A stretch of 64,000 nucleotides of DNA from Aulosira sp. ZfuVER01 (GCA_034530615.2 JAVRCV020000022.1:32001-96000), one strand, 5' to 3'. Shown: positions 10,584 to 21,671, counted from the first letter of the stretch. A program made the numbers and translations. Notes: generated by a model not told the origin, from the sequence alone.

Positions 10584-12125
10584 ATGATCATTGAATTAGA
10601 AAAAACCAAAATAATAGTTGGTTATGCTAGAGTTTCTTCTCGTGAACAAGCCGTTGATTCTCATGCCTTGGAACAACAGATAGCAAGACTTAAAGCAGCC
10701 GGAGCAACCGAAATATTTCAAGATATTCAATCTGGTAGTAAGGATAACAGACCTGCTTTGAAAGAATTGATGAAATCAATCATCGAAGGGAAGACGGATG
10801 AAGTCATCATCACTAGAATAGATAGGATTGCAAGGTCTTTACCAAAGCTACGAGAATGTATAGAAATTTTTGTAACTACTGGAGTAAATCTCCAAATTCT
10901 AGACCAGCAAATTGATTTGACGACATCCCAAGGCAAATTAATGGTTAATTTATTAGGCTCTCTTGCCGAATGGGAAACTGACCTTCTATCAGAACGAGTA
11001 CGTCATGGTAAAAAGTACCGTCGCGATAAAAAAGCAGCTAGCGAATCGTATCCTTGGGGCTATAAAACTGTTAACGATCAATATCAACTCAATGAAGCTC
11101 CATTTCTCTGTCTCATATCCAATAGACCATCTAATTATCGCGAACTTTACCAGGAAACAGATGTAACAAAACTAAATGGTTTAACAGTCAAGGAGATTGC
11201 CAGAGATTGCATTGATATTTTTTTTGATGCTAAAGGAGCTACTAGAGCTTTAAAAGTCATATTTCAAAAATATGGTTTAGCTAAAATCAATTATCGGAGA
11301 ACTGGTAGCGATGGGAAATTGCATTGGACAGTTACAGGATTTATTTGGTGGTTAAGTAATCCTGTGTTATGTGGTCATACTGCCTATCGGCAACGAATTA
11401 ATCTAGGGAAAGGTAAAAGAAAGAAGAATCAACGCGAAAACTGGGAATTTATCTATAATACACATCCTGAACACAGACTCATTACTGATGAAGAATACTT
11501 AGAAATTCAGCGCATACTCAAGTTTAATAACAAGAAAGGGCCAATCGCAAATCCAGAAATTGATGGGACTAACTCATATCGAGAATATGCGTATCAAAGT
11601 GGGCTTGTTTTTTGTGCTGAATGTGGTTCTAAATGCATTACTAAAAGTGCTAAACGTAGAGACGGAGGAAAATATTACTACTTTGCCTGTAGATACGCAG
11701 GTATGGGATGTAAAAATCTCATATCTACTCGGAAACAAAATATTGAGGATGTTCTGATTCAGACTTTAGTGCAACGTTCTCAGACTCTCGCAAGTGAGTC
11801 AGAACAATCTCCCTTACCACAGGAAAAGTCAGAGAAGTTAAAGGAATTGGAGTCTAGACTAGATGCTCTCAACAGAATTCCGGGTTTTGATCCAGACTTG
11901 GAAAACCTTAAGGCTAAGGTTCGTCAGCAAATAGAGGAGGAAATTAATCCTTTTATCTCTGATTCTATTTTGAATAAAAGTACAGAGGAAATTATTCGTG
12001 CAGGGAATAATTTGGCAATCTGGCACACACTTTCGCCTGATGATAAGGTCAAAATTTTTCCGCAGATTGTCCATAGGATCGCCGTCCAGAACAAAGAAGT
12101 TAAAGAAGTTACTCTCAAAATTTGA
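10584..12125 (+). CDS. Large serine recombinase, XisF-like paralog
   Basis: GYARVSS catalytic motif, TRIDRIAR, NPVLCG recombinase domain, CAECG...FACR zinc ribbon; RBS AAGGAGG. Confidence 0.9.
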   Translation: MIIELEKTKIIVGYARVSSREQAVDSHALEQQIARLKAAGATEIFQDIQSGSKDNRPALKELMKSIIEGKTDEVIITRIDRIARSLPKLRECIEIFVTTGVNLQILDQQIDLTTSQGKLMVNLLGSLAEWETDLLSERVRHGKKYRRDKKAASESYPWGYKTVNDQYQLNEAPFLCLISNRPSNYRELYQETDVTKLNGLTVKEIARDCIDIFFDAKGATRALKVIFQKYGLAKINYRRTGSDGKLHWTVTGFIWWLSNPVLCGHTAYRQRINLGKGKRKKNQRENWEFIYNTHPEHRLITDEEYLEIQRILKFNNKKGPIANPEIDGTNSYREYAYQSGLVFCAECGSKCITKSAKRRDGGKYYYFACRYAGMGCKNLISTRKQNIEDVLIQTLVQRSQTLASESEQSPLPQEKSEKLKELESRLDALNRIPGFDPDLENLKAKVRQQIEEEINPFISDSILNKSTEEIIRAGNNLAIWHTLSPDDKVKIFPQIVHRIAVQNKEVKEVTLKI

Positions 12126-12147
12126 AGGTTTATTCCAATTTGGCATT

Positions 12148-12528
12148 ATGAACACTCAAAAAATTTTCGATTTCAATAAACTTAGATGCGAAGTTGCTAT
12201 GCAACAAGCTCTACAGGAATGGCAACCACAGCCTAGAACTTATGGTATTGGATGTCCCAGGTGCAATCCCACTCGGCTTGTGAAAATTGGTAGACTTGAT
12301 GGAATACAAAAATATGTATGTAATGACTGCGATCGCACTTTTAAAGAAAAACCAAGATTTGTATGTGAATGTTTAATCCCAGGAACTCAGGTAAAGTGCC
12401 AATCATGTCCTCAGTTCAAGGAGTTTTTAGGCATAGTCAAGCAACAGATAGATGAATTGCGTTCTTTGAGCTTTCAGGAGTTAGAAAACCTCCAATCTTC
12501 TTATACTGTGGCTGAAACACTTGATTAA
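12148..12528 (+). CDS. Small Cys-rich zinc-ribbon protein (InsA-like N-terminal ribbon)
   Basis: CPRC...QKYVCNDCDRTF and CEC...CQSC; ATG at 12148. Confidence 0.6.
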   Translation: MNTQKIFDFNKLRCEVAMQQALQEWQPQPRTYGIGCPRCNPTRLVKIGRLDGIQKYVCNDCDRTFKEKPRFVCECLIPGTQVKCQSCPQFKEFLGIVKQQIDELRSLSFQELENLQSSYTVAETLD

Positions 12529-12815
12529 TATAGTTACTCAAGTACAATTCATGACTCAATTGTTTAAAGTCGCTACGTAACACCTAGTTCTTTAACAGGG
12601 TTGCATCTCCTCGAAAAATTTCTGCAACGCAAATACTTCTACTATTAAACTGCGCATTACCCTATCTCAAGTGCTGTAGTCCTGTGGTTATCTCTTCAGT
12701 TCCTCTATCTCAGCTACTTCTAACATTTTGTTCTCTCCAAACATTCTGCTTGCAAGCGATCGCTTGCGATGAACAAAAAAAATTTCAACTTTCGCTATCC
12801 TCAAATTAACAAACA

Positions 12816-12956
12816 ATGATACTTATGGCTTACGAATCTTGGTCACAAGTGGTAATTCGCACAGTTTTGGAATGGGAGAAACGTAAAGCCGAGCTACAAT
12901 CAACCTCGGCTATTCCAGAACAAGAAAAAACAAAGTCCAAAAACAAAACTGCATAG
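12816..12956 (+). CDS. Small hypothetical protein (46 aa)
   Basis: Hand-read ORF MILMAYESWSQVVIRTVLEWEKRKAELQ... Confidence 0.3.
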   Translation: MILMAYESWSQVVIRTVLEWEKRKAELQSTSAIPEQEKTKSKNKTA

Positions 12957-13386
12957 TAACGATACTGGCGTTGCTGAATGAAGGGATGAATCGATATGTC
13001 ACAGAGATTCGTGTATACGCCTTCGGGGGATGCGGTCGAGATTGGGGAAATGATGGAGAGGTATCCTATTATGGGCTTGGTTTGCCAGTCTTAAGCGATC
13101 GCATCAAAAATCACTAGCGAAACATCATTACCCACCATCCCATTTGAGAGACGCGATACATTGCCTATTCCAAAAAATGCAGCGTTATCTCAGTTGCGAT
13201 CGCATATTTGATAAACTGGTTTTAATGATGAGGTACACCCAAAAGCAATCGCATTTTCACTCCATCTTAATTGCGATCGCCAGCAAACTGAATCCTTCTG
13301 GCTAGCTCTTCCAAAAAGAAGTTACAATCAGATGATTGTCTGACAAAGCTAATTAGTTCTCATCTGGAAACAGACTGGAGACTTTT

Positions 13387-13983
13387 ATGACCCCAGCAAC
13401 AATAGCAACACTTACAAAAGAATTACCCCTGTTGTTTGAGGTACTGACCTGGAGAGAGTTTAAAGCCGTTGAGCAGTTGTTAGACCGTCCAGGATATCGG
13501 TTGTCTTTCCTGGATGGTGTTTTGGAGATACGCAGAATGCCTGGAGAACCACACGAAACCGTTAAGGAAAGGATCGGCGCACTGTTGGAGCTTTACCTTT
13601 TGATGGCAGGATTTGACTTTACTCCAACTGGCTCAATGACTTTGGAGAGTGAATCGGGTGCTGTCAAGCGAGAGGCAGATAAATCCTATAAACTGGCTCC
13701 AGGTCGAGTGCGTCCTGATTTAGTAATTGAGGTGGTGTTTACCAGTGGCGGAATCGACAAGCTAGAGGCATATAAGCGGCTAAAGATTCCAGAGGTATGG
13801 TTTTGGGAAGATGGTGTGTTAGAAGTCTATCACCTGCGCTATGAGGGCAATGCGCTTCACTATGAAAGAGTTACCAATAGTGAGGAATTAAAAGGGATTG
13901 ATCTAGATTTGTTATTACGCTGCATTAATATGGTGAATCATGTGGATGCGATCAAGACTTTTCAACAGGCGCTGGTGAAATAG
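13387..13983 (+). CDS. Uma2 family endonuclease
   Basis: EADKSY, PDLVIEVVFTSG, KLEAYKRLKIPEVWFW. Confidence 0.85.
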   Translation: MTPATIATLTKELPLLFEVLTWREFKAVEQLLDRPGYRLSFLDGVLEIRRMPGEPHETVKERIGALLELYLLMAGFDFTPTGSMTLESESGAVKREADKSYKLAPGRVRPDLVIEVVFTSGGIDKLEAYKRLKIPEVWFWEDGVLEVYHLRYEGNALHYERVTNSEELKGIDLDLLLRCINMVNHVDAIKTFQQALVK

Positions 13984-14009
13984 CAATCTGTTGTTTGATA
14001 TCAAAAACT

Positions 14010-14588
14010 CTATTCTGCTTCTGATTCCAATACAACCCCTTCATACAGAAGTGCGATCGCAAATTCAAATTCGATGCTGGATAGGGTAATAATATCTCCC
14101 TCAGTGTAGGGGTAGTAAAGCCACATTCTTCCCTCTCCGCGACAGTAGCGTTCAATGGAGATTGTTTCGGAATCTATCAATAAATATTCTTGTAAAGAAG
14201 GCATTTTCAGATAATTAGTGAATTTTTCGCCCCTATCTTTACTGCTTGTACCAGGGGAGAGAACTTCGGCAATTATTTTTGGGTTTTGAATAAATTTCCG
14301 AGCATTGAGGTCTTGAGGGTCGCAGCTGACAACAACATCAGGATAATAATAAGGACTTTGAGGTGTAACTTGCACTTTCACATCCAACACATTTACTCGG
14401 CAACCTCTAGCACTTAAATGTGGATATAAGGCTCTATAAAAATTAAGTGCAATGTCATTGTGGGGAATTGTACCACCTGTCATCGCAAAAACTTCGCCGT
14501 TGACGTATTCGTAGCGAAGGTCTTGCTGGGGTTCCCATGCGAGATATTCCTTGATGGTCATTTTTTGTGGTTGTTGGGAGCCTACCAT
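14010..14588 (-). CDS. Uma2 family endonuclease
   Basis: RYEYVNGEVFAMTGG, YYPDVVVSC, EVLSPGT, DRGEKF. Confidence 0.88.
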   Translation of the reverse strand: MVGSQQPQKMTIKEYLAWEPQQDLRYEYVNGEVFAMTGGTIPHNDIALNFYRALYPHLSARGCRVNVLDVKVQVTPQSPYYYPDVVVSCDPQDLNARKFIQNPKIIAEVLSPGTSSKDRGEKFTNYLKMPSLQEYLLIDSETISIERYCRGEGRMWLYYPYTEGDIITLSSIEFEFAIALLYEGVVLESEAE

Positions 14589-14838
14589 AGCAAGATTTTT
14601 CGAGTTTGTTTTGATTTTAGCTTGGAGGGTATGGGAACAAGCACGAACTGCCTGAGTTTGCCTTTTGGTAGCGCATGACCTTGGTTAAAATTCAGATGTA
14701 TACCTGAAGTAGTTCTTACAACAAGGCTAGAAAAAGCGATCGCTATGACTACAGCAACCAAAAAGCTCGACTGTATCCTATGCATTTTCGATATGCTGGA
14801 TCTAGAAAAGCAGTCAGCAGATTTATTGGGAGGTATGT

Positions 14839-15417
14839 TTGACAAAGATCAACTTTCCTTTATGTATCTGGTTAAAACAGTACCGTATGGTTGTTAGTGG
14901 TATGCTACTAGCGATAGCCATCACAGGCTGTAATAACTCTGGCACATCACAACTATCTTCTGTGAATAGCCCATCGGTTGCCCATATATCAGACACATCT
15001 AGTCCAACTTCCTCACCAGTGTCTCCCACACCAAACACTGCTGATAAGCCACTTAAGCAAGAAGCAGTTCGAGTCATTCGTGACTATTACAGTGCAATCG
15101 CTCGTCACGACTATAAACAAGCCTACTCAGCTTGGCAAGGAGATGGCGCTGCTAGCCAACAATCATTTGAGCAGTTTCAGCAGGGTTTTGCTAATACCGC
15201 ATCTGTTGCTGTAGAGGTTGGAGAACCAGGTATATTAGAAGGGGCAGCAGGTTCACTGTACATTAATATTCCGGTTACTGTTACTGCCGTCACTGCTAAT
15301 GGAACGCCGCAGCGATTTCGCGGTAGCTATGTGTTACAGCGAGTGAATAATGTTCCTGGCTCAACTCCAGAGCAGCGTCAATGGCATATATACTCAGCGA
15401 AGATTACTCAAGTGTAA
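14839..15417 (+). CDS. Putative lipoprotein
   Basis: Hydrophobic stretch ending ITGC, Ser/Pro linker, globular C-term domain; start uncertain. Confidence 0.6.
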   Translation: MTKINFPLCIWLKQYRMVVSGMLLAIAITGCNNSGTSQLSSVNSPSVAHISDTSSPTSSPVSPTPNTADKPLKQEAVRVIRDYYSAIARHDYKQAYSAWQGDGAASQQSFEQFQQGFANTASVAVEVGEPGILEGAAGSLYINIPVTVTAVTANGTPQRFRGSYVLQRVNNVPGSTPEQRQWHIYSAKITQV

Positions 15418-15740
15418 TTAGGGAACTCCAAAAAATAAATTATTTCCATTTCTGCACTACATCACTGTTTCGCTCCTCTAAGACTACTTAAACAATTCAA
15501 GAATGAATTTCGCACTTTAACTAAGCCAGTGGCGTAATGGCAAAAGCCGATCAATTGAGTAAATCTGTTTACAGATATTGTTTAATATACTTAATGGAGT
15601 TATCCACTTTACCTTTATCATTAGCAACGCTTAATGATAAAGGTAATTGCACATTGATTGCACTTTTATACTTACTTAATTCCAAAATTGAATTGTCCGA
15701 TCAGTTTAAAGTATTACTCGTCCGGTCATTTAGGTATCTT

Positions 15741-16556
15741 ATGAAAAAATTGATTAGAGGCTTAAGAGAATTCAAAAGTAGTTATTTTAGTGCTAATGAA
15801 GAACTGTTTGAACAACTTTCTCATGGTCAAAAGCCTAGGGTACTATTTATTACTTGTTCAGATTCGCGTATAGATCCAAACCTGATTACACAAGCCGGGT
15901 TAGGTGAATTATTTGTTATTCGCAATGCAGGCAACATTATTCCACCATTTGGTGCTACTAATGGCGGTGAAGGTGCAACAATTGAATATGCTATTCAAGC
16001 ATTAGATATTCAACAAATTATTGTCTGTGGCCACTCACATTGTGGTGCCATGAAAGGGTTAATGAAGTTAGACAGCTTGCGGGTAGAAATGCCGCTTGTA
16101 CATGACTGGCTCAAGTATGCAGAAGCAACCCGACGGCTGGTGAAAGACAACTACAGCCACTACGAAGGGGAAGAACTTTTAGAAATAATTATTGCTGAAA
16201 ATGTACTCACCCAAATCGAAAATCTACGGACTTATCCGGTGATTCGCTCTAAACTCTACCAAGGAAAACTTAGTATTTATGCTTGGATTTACCAAATTGA
16301 GGCAGGAGAAATTTTGGCATACGACCCACAAAAGCACGCCTATGTTTTGCTCCAACATCAGCTTCCTCCATCAGAGATAGATGATACGTTACTTAGCCCA
16401 TCTTTAACTGGCAATGTGGAAATAGATTCTGTTGAAACTCAACAACAAGCGTATCTATTACCCCGGGAACTCCCTAGTTCGGAACATGAATGGTTTCCAA
16501 TGACAGTGCTATCTCCAGAACAAATGGAGCGAATTTATCGAGGCTCAACAACATAG
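15741..16556 (+). CDS. Beta-class carbonic anhydrase
   Basis: CSDSR, RNAGN, GHSHCG motifs; likely start MKKLIRG at 15741. Confidence 0.9.
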   Translation: MKKLIRGLREFKSSYFSANEELFEQLSHGQKPRVLFITCSDSRIDPNLITQAGLGELFVIRNAGNIIPPFGATNGGEGATIEYAIQALDIQQIIVCGHSHCGAMKGLMKLDSLRVEMPLVHDWLKYAEATRRLVKDNYSHYEGEELLEIIIAENVLTQIENLRTYPVIRSKLYQGKLSIYAWIYQIEAGEILAYDPQKHAYVLLQHQLPPSEIDDTLLSPSLTGNVEIDSVETQQQAYLLPRELPSSEHEWFPMTVLSPEQMERIYRGSTT

Positions 16557-16569
16557 TAGTAATTTCCAA

Positions 16570-16909
16570 ATGGCTACAAGCGATCGCAGTTGCAGATGGA
16601 AATGTTACTTGGCAATTTGCTTAGTGATCGGGGAAGCGATCGCCTTTTGCAATTCTGCACTAGCCCAAATCGCACCTGATCGCCAATGGTTCTCAAATAG
16701 AGGCAAGTACTTTGGGGTCACAAGCTGGCGGAACTTTAGCGATCAATGCTAGTGAGCGGTTGGATGTTAGTGGTACATCTGTTGAAGGTCATTCCACTGG
16801 CTTAGGTGCTATTGTTTACCCAGGAGCAACTGGGAATGCCGGAGATTTGAAAATTAACACAGGTGAGTTGCTGATTCGAGATGGGGCAGAGGTAGGGGAG
16901 GAAATGTGA
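16570..16909 (+). pseudogene. Filamentous-hemagglutinin-like exoprotein remnant
   Basis: Signal-like ...ALAQIAPD, then after a frame change GGTLAINASE...GNAGDLKINTGELLIRDGAEV. Confidence 0.6.
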
Positions 16910-16966
16910 CAGTCACAGCAAACAAAATTCAATTGATTGGTACGTTTAGCAGTGCGATCGCAATAT

Positions 16967-18511
16967 TTAGTAACGATACTCAATTGCTGTAACGAAGTTC
17001 CCATCTACGCAGATTTTTTTAACGCAGCCATTGAGGATTGCTCTTTTATCTTGAGCATTAAGTCCTTGCCAGTAACTTTTATTTGCAAAAGCCCTTATAA
17101 TGCGTTCCTTCGCAATCAAGGATTCTCTGGATGCATTATTGATTGCTCCCAGTGCGATCGCAATTTGTTCTTTGAGATCATTTTTGATTTGTTCGATGGC
17201 TGAACTTGGTGGTAAGGTTTCCAGATTATTCAGCGATGCGCGGAGAGTTTTGACTTCTGGGGGTTCCTCTACAATAGGTGGCTCATCTGTTTCCACCAAG
17301 TTCGCTAACCTTTCGGCTTCTTGTGCCAATAAATCTACCACTTGGATATCTAATATTTTTGATGAAATCATAGTTTTATTGCTACAGTTGCCAGCTTTAT
17401 ACAAACGGCACTGAAAATAATAGATAGCTTGTCCCTGCTTATCTACTCGTTTTGCATGGCGCGTCATTGAACCTCCACAATGAGCGCATTTGATTAAATT
17501 AGAAAATGGGTTGATTTCGTTATCTTCTCTGGAAGCCCATCGGTTATGACGATTACTGCGGATCGTTTGTTTTATTTGCTCGTGTTCGGCGCAAGTAATG
17601 ATGGCTTCATCGTCGTGGGTTCCCCATTTTACCTTCCACTCATCAAAATGTTTGCGCTTTCCCTTTGATTTCACATAAGTATCAAAAGGTAAGCCTCCTG
17701 CATAGACAGGGTTGACTAATAATGCTTTTAAACCTGGAATTGACCATCTCAATCCAGACCAAGGATAACGCAAGGGGTGGTTAGCTTTAGCTGGTGTAAA
17801 TACAATTGTATCTAAGTCGTCATCGCTGATAATTCGTGAAGATTTCTCTGGTTTATGCCAATCAAAAGCTTTTGTTTCTATGCCAAAATCTGAGTGCAAT
17901 TTACGAACGGTAGCCGCAACGGAACCACACTCAAAAAAAGTATTAAAAATATATCGAGCTACGTCAGATACAGTTAACTCTCTTCGCTCTTCTAACAAGC
18001 AAACGCATGGTGAATCATCGCGGACATATTTATCGTTGTGGATGCGGTATCCTAATGGCGCAACTCGGTGACTTTTTCCTTGAGTTACACGATGACGGCG
18101 TTCGCTCTTTAACCTCTCCGTCACCATTTTGACCTCAAATTTGGCAGCAGCAAGCAACATATCAATAGTTAATTCTCCGCCCAAACTGTCTGGATCGACT
18201 CCTTGATCTAAAGCGATGAGTTTAATTCCTTTGGAACGCAATACTTCCAACAATGAATAAAACAACCTTGATGATGAACCAATGCGATCAATCCGGGTAA
18301 ATTGCAGAGATACTATCTTACCCTTTGCAGATGTCTTCAAGTCATTGATTAATTGTTGTAGTCCTTCCCTGACTTCGGTTGTCCGTGACTGAATATCCCA
18401 GTATACTTTTGAACAACCAGCATTTTGCAAGCGTTCTATTTGTTTACGCAACGCACCTTTATCTGTTTGCTGCTCCTCACCGCTGACCCTTGCGTAACCC
18501 CAACTTTCCAT
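16967..18511 (-). CDS. xisF: fdxN element excisase, serine recombinase
   Basis: MESWGYARVSGEEQQTDKGALRKQIERL matches XisF N-terminus; adjacent to fdxN breakpoint. Confidence 0.95.
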   Translation of the reverse strand: MESWGYARVSGEEQQTDKGALRKQIERLQNAGCSKVYWDIQSRTTEVREGLQQLINDLKTSAKGKIVSLQFTRIDRIGSSSRLFYSLLEVLRSKGIKLIALDQGVDPDSLGGELTIDMLLAAAKFEVKMVTERLKSERRHRVTQGKSHRVAPLGYRIHNDKYVRDDSPCVCLLEERRELTVSDVARYIFNTFFECGSVAATVRKLHSDFGIETKAFDWHKPEKSSRIISDDDLDTIVFTPAKANHPLRYPWSGLRWSIPGLKALLVNPVYAGGLPFDTYVKSKGKRKHFDEWKVKWGTHDDEAIITCAEHEQIKQTIRSNRHNRWASREDNEINPFSNLIKCAHCGGSMTRHAKRVDKQGQAIYYFQCRLYKAGNCSNKTMISSKILDIQVVDLLAQEAERLANLVETDEPPIVEEPPEVKTLRASLNNLETLPPSSAIEQIKNDLKEQIAIALGAINNASRESLIAKERIIRAFANKSYWQGLNAQDKRAILNGCVKKICVDGNFVTAIEYRY

Positions 18512-18558
18512 AACAGCGCATAGACACAACCTTTATTATATTTGATAGAGGATACTTC

Positions 18559-18624
18559 TATTCTCAGAAATTCTCTGAGCAGTTGCAAAAGCGTCAGCCC
18601 CAAGTGATAGAAGCAAAAGCATAA
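18559..18624 (+). CDS. fdxN: 3' fragment of interrupted ferredoxin FdxN
   Basis: Begins at TATTC core; translates YSQKFSEQLQKRQPQVIEAKA*; upstream of nifS. Confidence 0.85.
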   Translation, partial: YSQKFSEQLQKRQPQVIEAKA

Positions 18625-18778
18625 TATAGAGGCCCTTTGGGATGCTTGCCGCAACCTAGGATGAAGCCAGATAATTAGGCTTCATCCTACAGTCCGACGA
18701 ACGCCCTACAGACTTCACACTTCATATTATTGGTATTACCTCAAAATTTTGGCTCTTATCTCATCAAAATTGGAAGCA

Positions 18779-19987
18779 ATGCAAAATAGCTGCATTTATC
18801 TCGATAATAATGCCACCACTAAGGTAGACCCAGAAGTTGTAGAGGCGATGCTGCCCTACTTAACTGAATATTACGGCAATCCTTCTAGTATGCACACCTT
18901 CGGTGGGCAAGTTGGCAAAGCGGTGAAAACAGCAAGAGAACAACTTGCAGCCCTTTTGGGAGCCGATGAATCGGAAATTGTCTACACTAGTTGCGGAACT
19001 GAAGGCGATAACGCCGCCATTCGCGCCGCACTGTTGGCGCAACCAGACAAGCGACACATTATTACTACCCAGGTTGAACACCCCGCAGTACTGAATGTCT
19101 GCAAACAATTAGAAACCCAAGGTTATAGTGTTACCTATCTTTCGGTAAATGGTCAGGGACAGATAGATCTAAATGAACTAGAAGCTTCTTTGACTGGTAA
19201 CACCGCCTTGGTGACAATTATGTATGCCAATAACGAAACTGGCGTGGTTTTTCCAATCGAGCAGATTGGATTGCGAGCAAAAGAATATGGCGCTTTATTC
19301 CACGTCGATGCGGTGCAAGCAGTAGGGAAAATTCCCTTAAATATGAAGACTAGCACCGTAGATATGTTGACACTATCCGGTCACAAGATTCACGCACCCA
19401 AAGGAATTGGGGCTTTGTATGTCCGACGCGGGGTGAGATTCCGTCCCTTATTGATTGGTGGACACCAAGAACGTGGTCGCCGTGCGGGAACAGAGAACGT
19501 TCCAGGAATTATTGCTCTCGGCAAAGCTGCCGAATTGGAACTGTTGCATTTAGAAGAGGCGATCAAGAGAGAAAAAAGGCTGCGCGATCGCCTAGAAAAA
19601 ACCTTACTTGCTACAATTCCTGAGTGTGAAGTTAACGGCGATATTACGCAGAGATTGCCAAACACCACTAACATCGGCTTCAAGTATATCGAAGGTGAAG
19701 CCATCTTACTCTCCCTGAATAAATACGGTATCTGTGCCTCATCTGGTTCTGCTTGTACCTCTGGCTCTTTGGAACCTTCCCACGTATTACGGGCAATGGG
19801 CTTACCCTACACCACCTTGCATGGTTCCATCCGCTTTAGCCTCTGTCGCTACACCACAGACGCCGAAATCGACCAAGTAATTGCAGTGATGCCGGAGATT
19901 GTAGAACGTTTGCGTGCCCTGTCGCCCTTCAAGAATGATGAAGCGGGTTGGCTGCAAGCGCAAGAACAAACACTGGCTCATCGCTAA
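18779..19987 (+). CDS. nifS: Cysteine desulfurase NifS
   Basis: YLDNNATT, SGHKIH, SSGSACTS; nif context. Confidence 0.97.
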   Translation: MQNSCIYLDNNATTKVDPEVVEAMLPYLTEYYGNPSSMHTFGGQVGKAVKTAREQLAALLGADESEIVYTSCGTEGDNAAIRAALLAQPDKRHIITTQVEHPAVLNVCKQLETQGYSVTYLSVNGQGQIDLNELEASLTGNTALVTIMYANNETGVVFPIEQIGLRAKEYGALFHVDAVQAVGKIPLNMKTSTVDMLTLSGHKIHAPKGIGALYVRRGVRFRPLLIGGHQERGRRAGTENVPGIIALGKAAELELLHLEEAIKREKRLRDRLEKTLLATIPECEVNGDITQRLPNTTNIGFKYIEGEAILLSLNKYGICASSGSACTSGSLEPSHVLRAMGLPYTTLHGSIRFSLCRYTTDAEIDQVIAVMPEIVERLRALSPFKNDEAGWLQAQEQTLAHR

Positions 19988-19990
19988 TTA

Positions 19991-20150
19991 GGGAATGGGG
20001 CATGGCGCATGGGGCATAGGAAATAAAACCAATGCCCAATGCCCGATGCCCAATCCCCCAATTCAAAATCCGTCTTGGAAAGTTTGCTCAAGTCGGCAGA
20101 GCCGCCCACGCAACTTTCCGCAAAATCTAAAATCCAAAATCTAAAATCGG
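19991..20150. repeat. Heptamer tandem repeats (STRR) with an inserted ~50-bp palindromic small dispersed repeat (20072-20121)
   Basis: GGGCATG/ATGCCCA and AAAATC(T/C) heptamers; GTCTTGGAAAGTT...CAACTTTCCGC similar to 48214-48261. Confidence 0.65.
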
Positions 20151-20152
20151 TT

Positions 20153-21064
20153 ATGTGGGACTACACAGATAAAGTATTAGAATTGTTTTACAATCCCAAA
20201 AATCAGGGAGCTATTGAAGAAGCTGAGGAATCTGGAGTGAAGGTAGCCACTGGAGAGGTAGGTAGCATTGCTTGTGGTGATGCTCTGAGACTCCACCTGA
20301 AGGTTGAAGTTGCCAGCGATAAGATTCTCGATGCTCGCTTTCAAACTTTTGGTTGCACTAGTGCGATCGCATCTTCCAGCGCTCTCACTGAAATGATCAA
20401 GGGTTTAACCTTGGATGAAGCCTTAAATGTCTCCAATAAAGATATTGCAGATTACTTGGGTGGTTTGCCAGAAGCAAAGATGCATTGCTCTGTGATGGGG
20501 CAAGAAGCGCTAGAAGCGGCTATTTATAATTATCGTGGCATTCCCCTAGCTGCCCATGATGACGATGATGAAGGCGCACTCATTTGTAGTTGCTTTGGTA
20601 TCAGCGAATCCAAGATTCGGCGCGTGATTTTGGAAAATAACCTTACTGATGCCGAGCAAGTAACAAACTACGTCAAAGCTGGTGGCGGATGCGGTTCTTG
20701 TCTAGCAAACATTGATGATATTATTAAAGATGTACAGCAACAAGCCGCAACACCTGCAATCAATAACTATGGTGTGAAAGTTGCAACCGATATTGCTACT
20801 GCTAAACAATCACAACGCGCATTAACTAATGTGCAGAAAATCGCACTCATCCAAAAGGTCTTAGATGAAGAAGTCAGACCAGTACTGATTGCTGACGGCG
20901 GCGATGTGGAACTGTACGATGTAGATGGCGATCGCGTTAAGGTTCTACTGCAAGGAGCGTGTGGTTCTTGTTCTAGCAGCACAGCAACTCTCAAGATTGC
21001 CATAGAAGCCAGGTTGCAGGATCGAGTCAGTAAGAACCTGATAGTAGAAGCGGTTGAGCCATAA
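20153..21064 (+). CDS. nifU: Fe-S scaffold NifU
   Basis: MWDYTDKV start, ACGD, FGC, MHC, CSCF..GGCGSC, GACGSC. Confidence 0.97.
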   Translation: MWDYTDKVLELFYNPKNQGAIEEAEESGVKVATGEVGSIACGDALRLHLKVEVASDKILDARFQTFGCTSAIASSSALTEMIKGLTLDEALNVSNKDIADYLGGLPEAKMHCSVMGQEALEAAIYNYRGIPLAAHDDDDEGALICSCFGISESKIRRVILENNLTDAEQVTNYVKAGGGCGSCLANIDDIIKDVQQQAATPAINNYGVKVATDIATAKQSQRALTNVQKIALIQKVLDEEVRPVLIADGGDVELYDVDGDRVKVLLQGACGSCSSSTATLKIAIEARLQDRVSKNLIVEAVEP

Positions 21065-21260
21065 CTCTAGATTTTACGCACTGCCCAAATACTTCCTCAT
21101 GTGCATCAGCTACGACACAGAAAGTAGGATTTGACTCCTAAAATTCGCTTCGCATCAATAATTCAGTCCTACAGACAACAGACAGCTAAAGCACATAGGC
21201 AAGGTATTCAACGCCTAATTGCGAATTCCATAATCCAACTCGCTTCAAAGGAATAAGGAT

Positions 21261-21617
21261 ATGAGCGCACTCTACGAAAAAATTGGCGGACAAGCAACTC
21301 TCGATAAAATAGTTGCAGATTTGCACAAACGCATTCAAGCAGACAGCAGCGTGAATACATTCTTCGCTAAGACAGATATGGCGAAGCAACGCGGTCACTT
21401 TGTTGCTTTTGTATCTCAGTTACTTGAGGGACCAAAGCAATATGCCGGTCGACCAATGGACAAAACCCACACAGGTATGAATATACAGCCCCAACACTTC
21501 GATGCAGTTGCAAAACACCTGAGTGATGCAATGGCTGCAAATGGAGTGGCTGCTGATGACATCAGCGCTGCAATGGCTCGCGTCGCCAATGTTAAAGGCG
21601 CTATTTTGAACAAGTAA
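21261..21617 (+). CDS. glbN: Cyanoglobin (group I truncated hemoglobin)
   Basis: 118 aa, LYEKIGG, GPKQYAGRPMDKTH; between nifU and nifH. Confidence 0.92.
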   Translation: MSALYEKIGGQATLDKIVADLHKRIQADSSVNTFFAKTDMAKQRGHFVAFVSQLLEGPKQYAGRPMDKTHTGMNIQPQHFDAVAKHLSDAMAANGVAADDISAAMARVANVKGAILNK

Positions 21618-21671
21618 TTGGACTTGAGGATTGATAGTGAAAGCAGACATCAGTCAAGTCCTACTGGGTAA

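Larger units (their letters stand above)
1..18563. mobile_element. fdxN excision element, right-hand part (left end outside window)
   Basis: xisF next to a TATTC core (18559-18563) followed directly by the FdxN C-terminus and nifS; no nifB or 5' fdxN in the window. Confidence 0.8.

Noticed and set aside
12131..12915. TATTC copies at 12131 and 12911 as att sites for the second recombinase
   Set aside because: 5-mer is expected by chance; no interrupted gene fragment adjacent
13387..14588. Convergent Uma2 pair as a defence system
   Set aside because: Uma2 genes are highly expanded in cyanobacteria; no specific linkage evident
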